This document shows, in pieces, positions 14,624 to 22,678 of a stretch of 24,000 nucleotides of DNA (positions within the stretch are counted from its first letter, which is position 1; the number at the start of each line of letters is the position of its first letter). This DNA comes from Marinactinospora thermotolerans DSM 45154. Lineage in GTDB: Bacteria; Actinomycetota; Actinomycetes; Streptosporangiales; Streptosporangiaceae. The translations under genes were made by a program, and so were the position numbers. The stretch covers positions 203,836-227,835 of the forward strand of contig NZ_FUWS01000009.1 in NCBI RefSeq assembly GCF_900167435.1, written 5' to 3'. A model generated the notes under the pieces. The model was not told the DNA's origin, ran no database searches, and worked only from the letters and a program-made list of their open reading frames with translations.

Positions 14624-15391
14624 ATGGCCCGGCACCACGGTGGATCCCAGGGCGGACAGCGCGGCGCGCACCGGGCGGAGCCCGCCGACAGCGGTCCCCT
14701 GGCCACCGTCGGCCATGTCCTCGGCAGCACCGTCCCCAAGCGGGTCCGGCCGCCCCGGCCGCTGCGCGTGATGGTCGTCTCCGGCGTCACGATCGGCCTG
14801 GTGCTGTTCGGTTACAGCACCACCCAGGTCTACCTGCACTTCACCGAGCCCGAACCCGGGTCCGGGGCCTCCGCGCTCCCTGAGGGCGACACCCACGGCG
14901 GCCCCATGGCCGCGCCCAGCGACGCCCCGTCGGCCAGCCCGCGGGCCACGTTGTCGGCCGCCCCCTCACCGAGCGCGCGGCCCAGCGCGAGCCCCCGGGC
15001 GAGCGCCACGCCGGAGCGGCAGGAGGCCTCTCCCGCGCGACAGGAGGAGACGACGGCCGACGAACAGCGTGAAAGCGCCGCCTCGCCCCGTGCCGCCGTG
15101 TCCTACAGCTCCGTCACCTACTCCGAGGACTCCTTCTCCGGACAGGTGGTCATCACCAACAACAGCGACAGCGTGCTGGAGGGCTGGGAGCTCACCCTCG
15201 GCTTCGAGAACGTCCGCGTCACCGCGGCCTGGGAGGTGGACTGGGAGGCCACCGGCAACGGTGTCGTCGCCCGCCAGACCCACTACGAGGGCGGTCTGGC
15301 CCCTGGGGAGTCCAAGACCGTCAACTTCACCGCCGAGGGACCGGCGCAGACCCCCTCCTGCTCGCTCAACGGCGTCTCCTGCGGTCTGTAG
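14624..15391 (+). CDS. Membrane-anchored protein with Pro/Ser/Ala-rich linker and C-terminal CBM2-like domain
   Basis: ATG 14624 lies inside track ORF 14288-15391, with GGAGGGAAGGCGGAG upstream. It has a TM helix (LRVMVVSGVTIGLVLFGY) and a low-complexity linker (..SASPRATLSAAPSPSARPSASPRASATP..). The ~100-aa C-terminus ..VSYSSVTYSEDSFSGQVVITNNSDSVLEGWELTLGF..LAPGESKTVNFTAEG..PSCSLNGVSCGL follows the CBM2 pattern. Confidence 0.65.
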   Translation: MARHHGGSQGGQRGAHRAEPADSGPLATVGHVLGSTVPKRVRPPRPLRVMVVSGVTIGLVLFGYSTTQVYLHFTEPEPGSGASALPEGDTHGGPMAAPSDAPSASPRATLSAAPSPSARPSASPRASATPERQEASPARQEETTADEQRESAASPRAAVSYSSVTYSEDSFSGQVVITNNSDSVLEGWELTLGFENVRVTAAWEVDWEATGNGVVARQTHYEGGLAPGESKTVNFTAEGPAQTPSCSLNGVSCGL

Positions 15392-15453
15392 CGCGGGCGG
15401 CGCCGCTCCCGCGAACGCGGTGCGGGGCCGGGCAGAGCCGCCACAACGCCGAA

Positions 15454-15485
15454 GAAGCGCCGCTCCCCGAGGGGAACGGCGCTTC
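15454..15485 (-). terminator. Hairpin downstream of rpmB
   Basis: GAAGCGCCG / CGGCGCTTC form a 9-bp stem, with an inner TCCC / GGGA helix. On the minus strand it is followed by TTCGGCGTTGTGG. It lies 29 nt after the rpmB stop. Confidence 0.5.
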
Positions 15486-15513
15486 CCGGTGAATCTGGGA
15501 ACCGCTCGCGCGT

Positions 15514-15699
15514 CTAGCGGTCGACCTTGCCGGCCTTGATGCACGAGGTGCACACGCTCAGGCGCTTGGGCGTACCGCCCACGCGCGTGCGCACGGTCTG
15601 GATGTTGGGGTTCCAGCGGCGGCGGGTGCGGCGGTGCGAGTGGGAAACACTGTTACCGAACCCTGGTCCCTTGCCGCAGACGTCGCAGACGGAAGCCAC
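15514..15699 (-). CDS. rpmB: 50S ribosomal protein L28
   Basis: 61 codons. GTG start at 15699 with a GGAG Shine-Dalgarno sequence (15705-15708). (M)ASVCDVCGKGPGFGNSVSHSHRRTRRRWNPNIQTVRTRVGGTPKRLSVCTSCIKAGKVDR. Only the C-terminal third of the 197-aa track ORF is real. Confidence 0.93.
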   Translation of the reverse strand: MASVCDVCGKGPGFGNSVSHSHRRTRRRWNPNIQTVRTRVGGTPKRLSVCTSCIKAGKVDR

Positions 15700-15958
15700 G
15701 GTAACTCCATTCAAGCGCTCGGGTCCGCGCGCTTTCGCGTGCGTGTGCGACCCGAGAGGTCTGGTCGAGATCAGGTCGGCGCGAAGCGCCAACCTCGGAA
15801 GCGTACACGACGGACCGGACCCCATCGAAACGAAGTCCCGCCGAGTACGCGCGAGCGAGACCGGTCGGGACCGGCCCCGTCCGGCCGGGGACCCCGAAGA
15901 GCACGGGCATGCCCCGACATGAACGCTCCGCCCAGTATAGACCCGTCCGGCTCCGCCC

Positions 15959-15986
15959 TGGTCACGACAGAGGGCGCGGCTAGGAT
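15959..15986 (+). promoter_or_regulatory. Candidate recG promoter TGGTCA-N16-TAGGAT
   Basis: The -10 TAGGAT (15981-15986) fits TANNNT and the -35 TGGTCA matches TTGACA at 4 of 6 positions. A GGGGGAGG Shine-Dalgarno sequence at 16012-16019 precedes the start. This is pattern-level evidence only. Confidence 0.3.
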
Positions 15987-16024
15987 GCACACGGGTCCGG
16001 TCGCAGGCGTCGGGGGAGGTCCCA

Positions 16025-18226
16025 GTGATGGATACGGACGAGCCGCTGCGTAAGACGCTCGGCGACCGCACCGCGAAGAAACTCGCCACCGCCCTGGACC
16101 TGCACACGGTCGGCGACCTGTTGCGCCACTACCCGCGTCGGTATGCGACCCGGGGCGAGCTGACCGATCTGGCCGGGCTGGCCGAGGGCGAGCAGGTCAC
16201 CGTCATGGCCGAGATCGCGCGGGTGGGGACGCGCCGGATGCGCAACCGCCGCGGCGGCATCCTGGAGGTCGTCGTCACCGACGGCCGCGGCAAGCTCACC
16301 CTCACCTTCTTCAACCAGCAGTGGCGCGAACGCGAACTCGTTCCGGGCCGTCGCGGCCTGTTCGCGGGCAAGGTCTCCAGCTATCGGGGCCAGCGGCAGC
16401 TCGCCCATCCCGAGTACCAGCTCTTCGCCGCCGACGCCGAGAACAGCGCCGAGGACCAGGCCAAGGCGTTCGCCGAGGAGATCATCCCGGTCTACGCCGC
16501 CTCGTCCGACCTCGCCTCGTGGAAGATCGCCCAGTGTGCGGGGATCGTCCTCGACCAGCTCGACGAGGTCGCCGACCCCTTGCCCCCCTCGGTGCGCTCC
16601 GCCCACGGCCTCATCGGCCTGCGCGAGGCCTACGAACTCATCCACCGGCCCGCCTCGCACGCCGATATCGCGCGCGCACGCAAGCGACTGAAGTGGGACG
16701 AGGCGTTCGTGCTCCAGGTCGCGCTCGCCTCCCGGCGCCGCGACGCCCGCTCCCAGGCCGCCCGTCCCCGGCCCAGGCGTGCGGGAGGACTGCTCGACGC
16801 CTTCGACGCCGCGCTGCCCTTCACCCTGACCCAGGGGCAGCGCGAGGTGGGGGATGTCATCGCCGCCGACCTCGCCTCCCCCCATCCCATGCACCGGCTG
16901 TTGCAGGGCGACGTCGGCGCGGGCAAGACCCTGGTGGCGTTGCGGGCGATGCTCCAGGCCGTCGACGCCGGTGGACAGGCCGTCCTGCTGGCCCCCACCG
17001 AGGTGCTCGCCCAGCAGCACCACCGCTCCATCAGCGCCATGCTCGGCCCGCTCGCCCGGGCCGGGCAGATCGACGGGGCCGAGCACGCCACGCGGATCGC
17101 CCTGCTCACCGGGTCCCAAGGGGCCGCGGCGCGGCGCGAGGCGCTGTTGGAGGCGGCCTCGGGGGCCGCCGGAATCGTCGTGGGCACCCACGCGCTGCTC
17201 CAGGAGCACGTCTCCTTCGCCGACCTGGCGCTGATCGTCATCGACGAACAGCATCGCTTCGGCGTGGAACAGCGCGACGCGCTGCGCGAGAAGGCGACCG
17301 ACGGGCGTCCGCACGTCCTCGTCATGACCGCCACGCCCATTCCGCGCACCGTGGCGATGACGGTCTATGGCGACCTCGACGTGGTGGCCCTGAGGCAGCT
17401 GCCGGACGGCCGCGCGCCGGTCGCCACCCATCTCGTCCCGGCCCGTGACAAACCGCACTACCTGTCCCGTGCCTGGGAACGGATCCGCGAGGAGGTCGCC
17501 CAGGGGCGACAGGCCTACGTGGTGTGCCCGCGCATCGGTGGCGGCGACGAGGACGCCGAGGTCCCCGTTCCTTCCCCGGAGGGGGACGCCGGCGAGGGCG
17601 ACGCGGTCCGCCGCCCGCCCCTGGCCGTCCTGGACCTGGTCACCGAGCTCGCCGAAGGGCCGCTCGCCGACCTGGAGGTCCAGGCGTTGCACGGCCGGCT
17701 GGCCCCCGAGGACAAGGACGCGGTCATGCGTGGTTTCGCGGCCGGCAAGATCGACGTGCTCGTCGCGACCACGGTCATCGAGGTCGGGGTCGACGTCCCC
17801 AACGCCACGGTCATGGCGATCATGGACGCCGACCGCTTCGGCGTCTCCCAGCTCCACCAGCTCCGCGGCCGGGTCGGACGCGGCGGCCTGCCGGGGCTGT
17901 GCCTGCTCGTCACCGACGCCGAGGAGGGGACGCCCGCGCGTGAGCGGCTCGCCGCGGTCGCCGCCACCACCGACGGGTTCGCGCTGTCGGAGGTCGACCT
18001 CGAACAGCGTCACGAGGGTGACGTTCTCGGGGATGCCCAGTCCGGCCGGCGTTCCTCGTTGCGCATGCTCACCCTGTTGCGCGACCGTGAGCTCATCGGC
18101 CAGGCGCGGGAGGAGGCCACCGCCTTCGTCGAGGCCGACCCGGAACTACGGTCGCACCCGCCACTGGCCACGGCCCTGGCCGAGCTGCTGACCGAGGAAC
18201 GCGCCGAGTACCTGGAGAAGGCCTGA
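16025..18226 (+). CDS. recG: ATP-dependent DNA helicase RecG
   Basis: 733 aa. Walker A GDVGAGKT, DEQH box VIDEQHRFG, ..MTATPIPRT.., ..DVLVATTVIEVGVDVPNATVM.., ..QLHQLRGRVGRG... The start is GTG 16025 or the adjacent ATG 16028. Confidence 0.93.
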   Translation: MMDTDEPLRKTLGDRTAKKLATALDLHTVGDLLRHYPRRYATRGELTDLAGLAEGEQVTVMAEIARVGTRRMRNRRGGILEVVVTDGRGKLTLTFFNQQWRERELVPGRRGLFAGKVSSYRGQRQLAHPEYQLFAADAENSAEDQAKAFAEEIIPVYAASSDLASWKIAQCAGIVLDQLDEVADPLPPSVRSAHGLIGLREAYELIHRPASHADIARARKRLKWDEAFVLQVALASRRRDARSQAARPRPRRAGGLLDAFDAALPFTLTQGQREVGDVIAADLASPHPMHRLLQGDVGAGKTLVALRAMLQAVDAGGQAVLLAPTEVLAQQHHRSISAMLGPLARAGQIDGAEHATRIALLTGSQGAAARREALLEAASGAAGIVVGTHALLQEHVSFADLALIVIDEQHRFGVEQRDALREKATDGRPHVLVMTATPIPRTVAMTVYGDLDVVALRQLPDGRAPVATHLVPARDKPHYLSRAWERIREEVAQGRQAYVVCPRIGGGDEDAEVPVPSPEGDAGEGDAVRRPPLAVLDLVTELAEGPLADLEVQALHGRLAPEDKDAVMRGFAAGKIDVLVATTVIEVGVDVPNATVMAIMDADRFGVSQLHQLRGRVGRGGLPGLCLLVTDAEEGTPARERLAAVAATTDGFALSEVDLEQRHEGDVLGDAQSGRRSSLRMLTLLRDRELIGQAREEATAFVEADPELRSHPPLATALAELLTEERAEYLEKA

Positions 18227-18323
18227 CCCGGCCGACCGGGCGGCCGTCACCGTCCCGCCCCCCGGTCGGCCCGTCCGGCCCGAGACCACCGTGTTCCCGT
18301 CTTAGAGGAGTCTTCGTCCCGAC

Positions 18324-18905
18324 ATGACCCGCATCATCGCCGGCACCGCGGGCGGCCGCAGGATCGCCGTCCCCGAAGGTCGCACCACCCGTCCCACCAG
18401 CGATCGCGCCCGTGAGGGGCTGTTCGCCTCCGTGTTGTCGGAGCTCGGCTCGTTCACGGGGGTGGCGGTCCTCGACCTGTACGCCGGATCCGGTGCCATC
18501 GGCCTGGAGGCGCTGTCGCGCGGCGCGCGGCACGCCCTGCTGGTCGAGGCCGATCGGCGCGCCTCCGCCGTGATCCGCCGCAACATCGCCGAGCTGGGGC
18601 TGACCGGCGCGCGGCTGGTCACCGACCGGGTGGAACGGGCGCTGGCCCAGGGACCGGCGGGGGAACGCTACGACCTCGTCGTCGCCGACCCTCCCTACGC
18701 CGTCACCGACGCCGAGATCGCCGACGTGCTGCGCGCGTTGCGCGACCACGGCTGGCTGGCCCCCGACGCGCTGCTCGTCGTGGAACGGGCGAGCCGCGGG
18801 AACGGCCCGCACTGGCCGGAGGGGTACGAACCGGGCCGGGTGCGTCGTTATGGCGAGGCCGCGCTTTGGTACGGTCGCGCCGCGAGTCTCCCCGGCCAGG
18901 GCTGA
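18324..18905 (+). CDS. rsmD: 16S rRNA (guanine966-N2)-methyltransferase
   Basis: 193 aa. ..RPTSDRAREGLF.., SAM-binding LDLYAGSGAIGLEALSRGA, and catalytic VVADPPY. Confidence 0.9.
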   Translation: MTRIIAGTAGGRRIAVPEGRTTRPTSDRAREGLFASVLSELGSFTGVAVLDLYAGSGAIGLEALSRGARHALLVEADRRASAVIRRNIAELGLTGARLVTDRVERALAQGPAGERYDLVVADPPYAVTDAEIADVLRALRDHGWLAPDALLVVERASRGNGPHWPEGYEPGRVRRYGEAALWYGRAASLPGQG

Positions 18906-18973
18906 CCGTTTCGGCACAATTGCCGGCAGGTGGCTCGCGGACCATTGCCAGTCACCAGAGAGGATTGGTCCAC

Positions 18974-19456
18974 GTGCGCCGTGTCGTCTGCCCCGGATCC
19001 TTCGATCCGGTCACCAATGGACACATCGACATCATCGGTCGCGCCGCCCGGCAGAACGACGAGGTGATCGCGGCCGTCCTCACCAACGTGAGCAAGCGCG
19101 GCCTGTTCACCGTCGACGAGAAACTGGAGATGCTGGAGGAGTCCACCAAGGACTTCGACAACGTCCGCACCGCCAAGTTCGACGGCCTGCTCGTCGACTT
19201 CTGCCGGGAGAACAACGTCTCGGCGATCGTGCGCAGCCTGCGTTCGGTCAGCGACTTCGACTACGAGCTCCAGATCGCCCAGATGAACTACCAGCTCTCC
19301 GGGGTGGAGACGCTGTTCATGACGGCCAACCCGCAGTACTCCTTCCTCAGTTCCAGCCTCGTGCGCGAGATCGCCCAGTACGGCGGCGACGTCTCCAGCC
19401 TGGTCACGCCCTACGTCGAGGAGCGGCTGCGGATCAAGTACCGCGACAGGCGCTGA
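18974..19456 (+). CDS. coaD: Pantetheine-phosphate adenylyltransferase
   Basis: GTG 18974 lies inside track ORF 18866-19456, with a GAGAGGA Shine-Dalgarno sequence at 18958-18964. The product begins (M)RRVVCPGSFDPVTNGHIDII, the CoaD nucleotidyltransferase motif. 160 aa. Confidence 0.93.
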   Translation: MRRVVCPGSFDPVTNGHIDIIGRAARQNDEVIAAVLTNVSKRGLFTVDEKLEMLEESTKDFDNVRTAKFDGLLVDFCRENNVSAIVRSLRSVSDFDYELQIAQMNYQLSGVETLFMTANPQYSFLSSSLVREIAQYGGDVSSLVTPYVEERLRIKYRDRR

Positions 19457-19457
19457 T

Positions 19458-19487
19458 TTGGGTCGGACCTCCTCCTGTCGCTAAACT
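19458..19487 (+). promoter_or_regulatory. Candidate yceD-rpmF promoter TTGGGT-N18-TAAACT
   Basis: An A+T-richer patch lies immediately after the coaD stop, and the -10 TAAACT fits TANNNT. This is pattern-level evidence only. Confidence 0.3.
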
Positions 19488-19623
19488 CAGACCTCGACTG
19501 TGCCCGTGGCCCGGTCGAGCGGCCGTCGGTCACCGTCGGTCCCGTATCCGCCCTCCCCGCCAGCGGGGATGTCCCAGTGAAAGCGCGATCACTCTGTCTC
19601 GTCTAGATTCCCGCGCCCCTTTC

Positions 19624-20172
19624 GTGGTCGACACCCGGCCGCTGGGGCGTCAGCCCGGCTCGATGCGCACGGACAAGCGCATCGTTCCCGCTCCCGGCGC
19701 GCTCGCGACCGGGATGACCACCGTGCCCGAGGGTTCCGACATCGAGTTGGACCTTCGGCTCGAGGCGGTCATGGAGGGCGTCCTCGTCACGGGCGGGGTA
19801 CGGGCGCGGACCGAGGGCGAGTGCGCGCGCTGCCTCGACCCCCTCGCCGAGGAGATCGAGGTGGAGTTCCAGGAGCTCTACCACTACCCCTCCGACGATG
19901 ACAACGGCATCGCCGGGACGGAGGCGGACGCGGAGTCCGAGGATGAGGACTACTATCTTGAGGGCGACCTGATCGACCTCGAACCGGTGGTCCGCGACGC
20001 GATCGTGCTCGCGCTGCCCCTCTCGCCGCTCTGCCGGGAGGACTGCCCCGGCCTGTGCGTCGAATGCGGCGTGAAACTCGCGGACGCCGGCCCTGATCAC
20101 GGTCACGGCGATCGCATCGACCCCCGTTGGGAGTCGCTACGGAAGTTGGGCGAGCGGCCCGACGACCAATGA
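19624..20172 (+). CDS. yceD: YceD/DUF177 family protein (23S rRNA accumulation protein-like)
   Basis: This is the 3' part of track ORF 18850-20172. ..LELDLRLEAVMEGVLVTG..EGECARCLDP..LPLSPLCREDCPGLCVECG.. is the DUF177 pattern. GTG 19624 is the first canonical in-frame start, but the true start may be a non-canonical codon about 30 nt upstream (see findings). Confidence 0.8.
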   Translation: MVDTRPLGRQPGSMRTDKRIVPAPGALATGMTTVPEGSDIELDLRLEAVMEGVLVTGGVRARTEGECARCLDPLAEEIEVEFQELYHYPSDDDNGIAGTEADAESEDEDYYLEGDLIDLEPVVRDAIVLALPLSPLCREDCPGLCVECGVKLADAGPDHGHGDRIDPRWESLRKLGERPDDQ

Positions 20173-20258
20173 GTCCGAGCTCCCGGACCGGACGGCGAGC
20201 CCCGCGTAGGCGGGGGAGCCCCGCCCCGATGGGGACCGGGCCGAAGGAGCAAGGTGGT

Positions 20259-20321
20259 TCCCCACAGGCGTGGGGATGACCCAGGAAAGTGAGCTCCCCC
20301 GAGCGCGGGGGTGACCCAGGA
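20259..20321 (+). repeat. Tandem ~35-nt duplication of a hairpin plus TGACCCAGGA module in the yceD-rpmF spacer
   Basis: Copy 1 is hairpin TCCCCAC-AGGC-GTGGGGA (20259-20276) running into GGGGATGACCCAGGA (20272-20286). Copy 2 is hairpin CCCCCG-AGCG-CGGGGG (20296-20311) running into GGGGGTGACCCAGGA (20307-20321). The two 15-mers share 14 of 15 positions and lie 35 nt apart. Copy 2 supplies the rpmF Shine-Dalgarno sequence. Confidence 0.5.
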
Positions 20322-20329
20322 GGATTGAA

Positions 20330-20509
20330 GTGGCCGTCCCGAAGCGGAAGATGTCGCGGAGCAACACCCGCACCCGCCGTTCCCAGTGGAAGGCGTCGCG
20401 CCCGGTGCTGGTCAACTGCCCGCGCTGCCGTGACCCGAAGCTTCCGCACGTCGCCTGCCCGACGTGCGGCACCTACAACAACCGGCAGGTCGTCACTCCG
20501 GCGTCCTGA
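20330..20509 (+). CDS. rpmF: 50S ribosomal protein L32
   Basis: Not in the ORF track (59 codons). GTG 20330 lies 6 nt after AGGAGG (20318-20323). (M)[58 protein letters not shown], ending at TGA 20507-20509. It has a CxxC..CxxC zinc ribbon, and 55 of 59 codons end in G/C. Confidence 0.93.
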   Translation: MAVPKRKMSRSNTRTRRSQWKASRPVLVNCPRCRDPKLPHVACPTCGTYNNRQVVTPAS

Positions 20510-20517
20510 CGCAGGCG

Positions 20518-20552
20518 AGGCGGGTCCGGATTCCGGGCCCGCCTTTCGTCCT
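20518..20552 (+). terminator. Intrinsic terminator after rpmF
   Basis: 12-bp stem AGGCGGGTCCGG-ATT-CCGGGCCCGCCT with one G:U pair, followed by TTCGTCCTT. It starts 9 nt after the stop codon. Confidence 0.6.
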
Positions 20553-20760
20553 TGGTCCCCCAATCGGACCGGAGACGGGAACATCCCGAGGCCGTGGTGG
20601 CCGCCGGGGAGGCGTGTCCTCCGCGACGCTCACCTCGCTCTCGAGCGTCCTCCGCCGGCCCGACACAAGCGCAGCCGTATCAGATCCGGGCGCGCCCGAC
20701 GGGGCCGCCGGACGCCGGCGCGGCGTGGTGCCGCGCGGCAGGAAGGGACGTGAACGCCGA

Positions 20761-21477
20761 GTGGCCACCCAGTTGTCCGCGGCCGAGACCCGCGAGTTCC
20801 ACCGCGCGATCGGGGTCGAGGTCGATCCCAAGGTCCTGGCCCGCGCGCTCACCCACCGGTCCTACGCCTACGAGAAGGGCGGCCTGCCCACCAACGAGCG
20901 CCTGGAGTTCCTGGGCGACTCCGTGCTGGGCCTGGTCGTCACCGACACGCTCTTTCGCGGCCACCCCGACCTGCCCGAGGGACAGCTCGCCAAGCTGCGC
21001 GCCGCCGTGGTCAACATGCGCGCCCTCGCCGACGTGGCCCGTGAGCTGGGGATCGGCCGCTACATCCGGTTGGGCCGGGGCGAGGAGGGCACCGGGGGGC
21101 GGGACAAGTCCTCGATCCTGGCCGACACCCTGGAGGCCATCATCGGCGCGGTCTACCTCGACCGGGGGCTGGACGAGGCGTCGAGGCTGGTGCACCGCCT
21201 GTTCGACCCGCTGATCGCGCGGGCCTCGGGGCTGGGCGCCGGACTGGACTGGAAGACCTCGTTGCAGGAGCTCACGGCGGCCGAACTGCTCGGCGTTCCC
21301 GAGTACCACGTCGAGGAGAGCGGCCCCGACCACCAGAAGACGTTCCGGGCCACGGTGCGCGTGGCCGGCCAGAGCTACGGCATGGGCGAGGGACGCAGTA
21401 AGAAGGAGGCCGAGCAGCAGGCCGCGGAGTCCGCGTGGAAGGCGATCCGCCGCGCCGGCGGGTCGGACGAGGACTGA
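20761..21477 (+). CDS. rnc: Ribonuclease III
   Basis: Track ORF 20464-21477. Preferred start is GTG 20761, giving (M)[37 protein letters not shown]... It has the RNase III signature [12 protein letters not shown] and a C-terminal dsRBD (..[32 protein letters not shown]..). The start is uncertain; GTG 20725 and 20728 are alternatives. Confidence 0.88.
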   Translation: MATQLSAAETREFHRAIGVEVDPKVLARALTHRSYAYEKGGLPTNERLEFLGDSVLGLVVTDTLFRGHPDLPEGQLAKLRAAVVNMRALADVARELGIGRYIRLGRGEEGTGGRDKSSILADTLEAIIGAVYLDRGLDEASRLVHRLFDPLIARASGLGAGLDWKTSLQELTAAELLGVPEYHVEESGPDHQKTFRATVRVAGQSYGMGEGRSKKEAEQQAAESAWKAIRRAGGSDED

Positions 21478-21480
21478 GCC

Positions 21481-22350
21481 GTGCCCGAGCTGCCCGAGGT
21501 GGAAGTCGTCCGGCGCGGTCTGGAGCACTGGGTCGCCGGTCACACGATCGGTGAGGTGGCCGTTCTGCACCCGCGCGCGGTGCGCCGCCATGTGCTCGGC
21601 CCCGCTGACTTCGTGGGGCGATTGGCCGGGCATAAGGTCACCGAAGTGTGTCGGCGCGGCAAGTACCTGTGGCTGCCGCTGGACTCGGGGGACGCGCTGC
21701 TGGCCCACCTGGGCATGAGCGGCCAGCTCCTCGTGCAGCCACCGCACCTTCCGGCAGAGCGCCACCTGCGGGTACGCCTGCCGCTGGCCCACAGCGAGCG
21801 TGAACTGCGCTTCGTCGACCAGCGGACGTTCGGTCACCTCATGGTGGACCACCTCGTCCCCGACGAGGCGGGAGTGGGACTGCCCTCCGTCATCGGCCAC
21901 ATCGCGCGCGATCCCCTCGATCCCGCCTTCGACGACGACGTCTTCATCGCGGCGTTGCGCCGTAGACGCACCGGGATCAAGCGGGCGCTGCTGGACCAGT
22001 CGCTGATCAGCGGCGTGGGCAACATCTACGCCGACGAGGCGCTGTGGCGCGCGCGACTGCACTGGGCGCGCCCCACCGAGACCCTGCGCCGTTCCCAGGT
22101 GGAAGGGTTGCTGGCCGACGTGCGTGACGTCATGCGCGACGCGCTGGCCGAGGGCGGGACCTCCTTCGACAGCCTCTATGTCAACGTCAACGGCGAAAGC
22201 GGGTACTTCTCCCGGGGGCTCAAGGCCTATGGGCGGCGCGGGCTGCCGTGCGAGCGGTGCGCCACCTCGATCCGGCGCGAGGAGTTCATGAACCGGTCGT
22301 CGTTCAGCTGTCCCACGTGTCAGCGCGCGCCACGCGAGGCGCGCCCCTGA
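21481..22350 (+). CDS. mutM: Formamidopyrimidine-DNA glycosylase
   Basis: GTG 21481 gives (M)[13 protein letters not shown]. It has the H2TH block ..[22 protein letters not shown].. and a C-terminal zinc finger CERC..-..CPTCQ. 289 aa. Confidence 0.93.
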   Translation: MPELPEVEVVRRGLEHWVAGHTIGEVAVLHPRAVRRHVLGPADFVGRLAGHKVTEVCRRGKYLWLPLDSGDALLAHLGMSGQLLVQPPHLPAERHLRVRLPLAHSERELRFVDQRTFGHLMVDHLVPDEAGVGLPSVIGHIARDPLDPAFDDDVFIAALRRRRTGIKRALLDQSLISGVGNIYADEALWRARLHWARPTETLRRSQVEGLLADVRDVMRDALAEGGTSFDSLYVNVNGESGYFSRGLKAYGRRGLPCERCATSIRREEFMNRSSFSCPTCQRAPREARP

Positions 22351-22396
22351 GCGGCGAGCGGACCGGGGTCTTTTCCGTCCAGGAGGGAGAACGGCG

Positions 22397-22678
22397 ATGA
22401 CGGCGCAGGAGGTCCGGTTGACCGCGTGGGTGCGCGGTCACGTCCAAGGGGTCGGATTCCGCTGGTGGGTGCGCTCCAGGGCGTTGGAGCTCGGACTCGC
22501 GGGGGCGGCCACCAACCTCGACGACGGTCGGGTCGAGGTGGTCGCCGAAGGGCCGCGGGACCGGTGTGAGGAATTGCTCGCGCGTCTGAAAAGCGGCGCC
22601 ACGCCTGGTCGGGTGGATTCGGTCGGGCAACGCTGGACGAATTCCACGGGTTCCTTCTCCGGTTTCGTGGAACGGTGA
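22397..22678 (+). CDS. acyP: Acylphosphatase
   Basis: 93 aa. ..[44 protein letters not shown].. is the acylphosphatase signature. GGAGGGAGA lies upstream of ATG 22397. Confidence 0.88.
   Translation: MTAQEVRLTAWVRGHVQGVGFRWWVRSRALELGLAGAATNLDDGRVEVVAEGPRDRCEELLARLKSGATPGRVDSVGQRWTNSTGSFSGFVER

Noticed and set aside
15980-18013. 677-aa minus-strand ORF covering almost all of recG
   Set aside because: It lies antisense to a gene with unambiguous RecG helicase motifs. The product is Gly/Asp/Arg/Val-rich with no recognisable motif. This is the usual stop-free mirror frame of high-GC coding DNA.
18231-18270. 10-bp stem GCCGACCGGG/CCCGGTCGGC after recG as a terminator
   Set aside because: The pairing is perfect, but the 20-nt loop and the lack of a U-tract make it weak. 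recG and rsmD may be co-transcribed, so I did not list it as a feature.
20464-20760. 99-codon N-terminal extension of the rnc ORF (start ATG 20464)
   Set aside because: It would begin inside rpmF and read through the rpmF terminator hairpin (20518-20544). The sequence is low-complexity Arg/Gly/Pro, and RNase III similarity starts near GTG 20761. The ~250-nt spacer is therefore probably untranslated, although the exact rnc start remains uncertain.
20680-22062. 460-aa minus-strand ORF spanning rnc and mutM
   Set aside because: It lies antisense to two well-supported genes and crosses their 3-nt junction. It has a low-complexity composition and no motifs, so it is a high-GC artefact.
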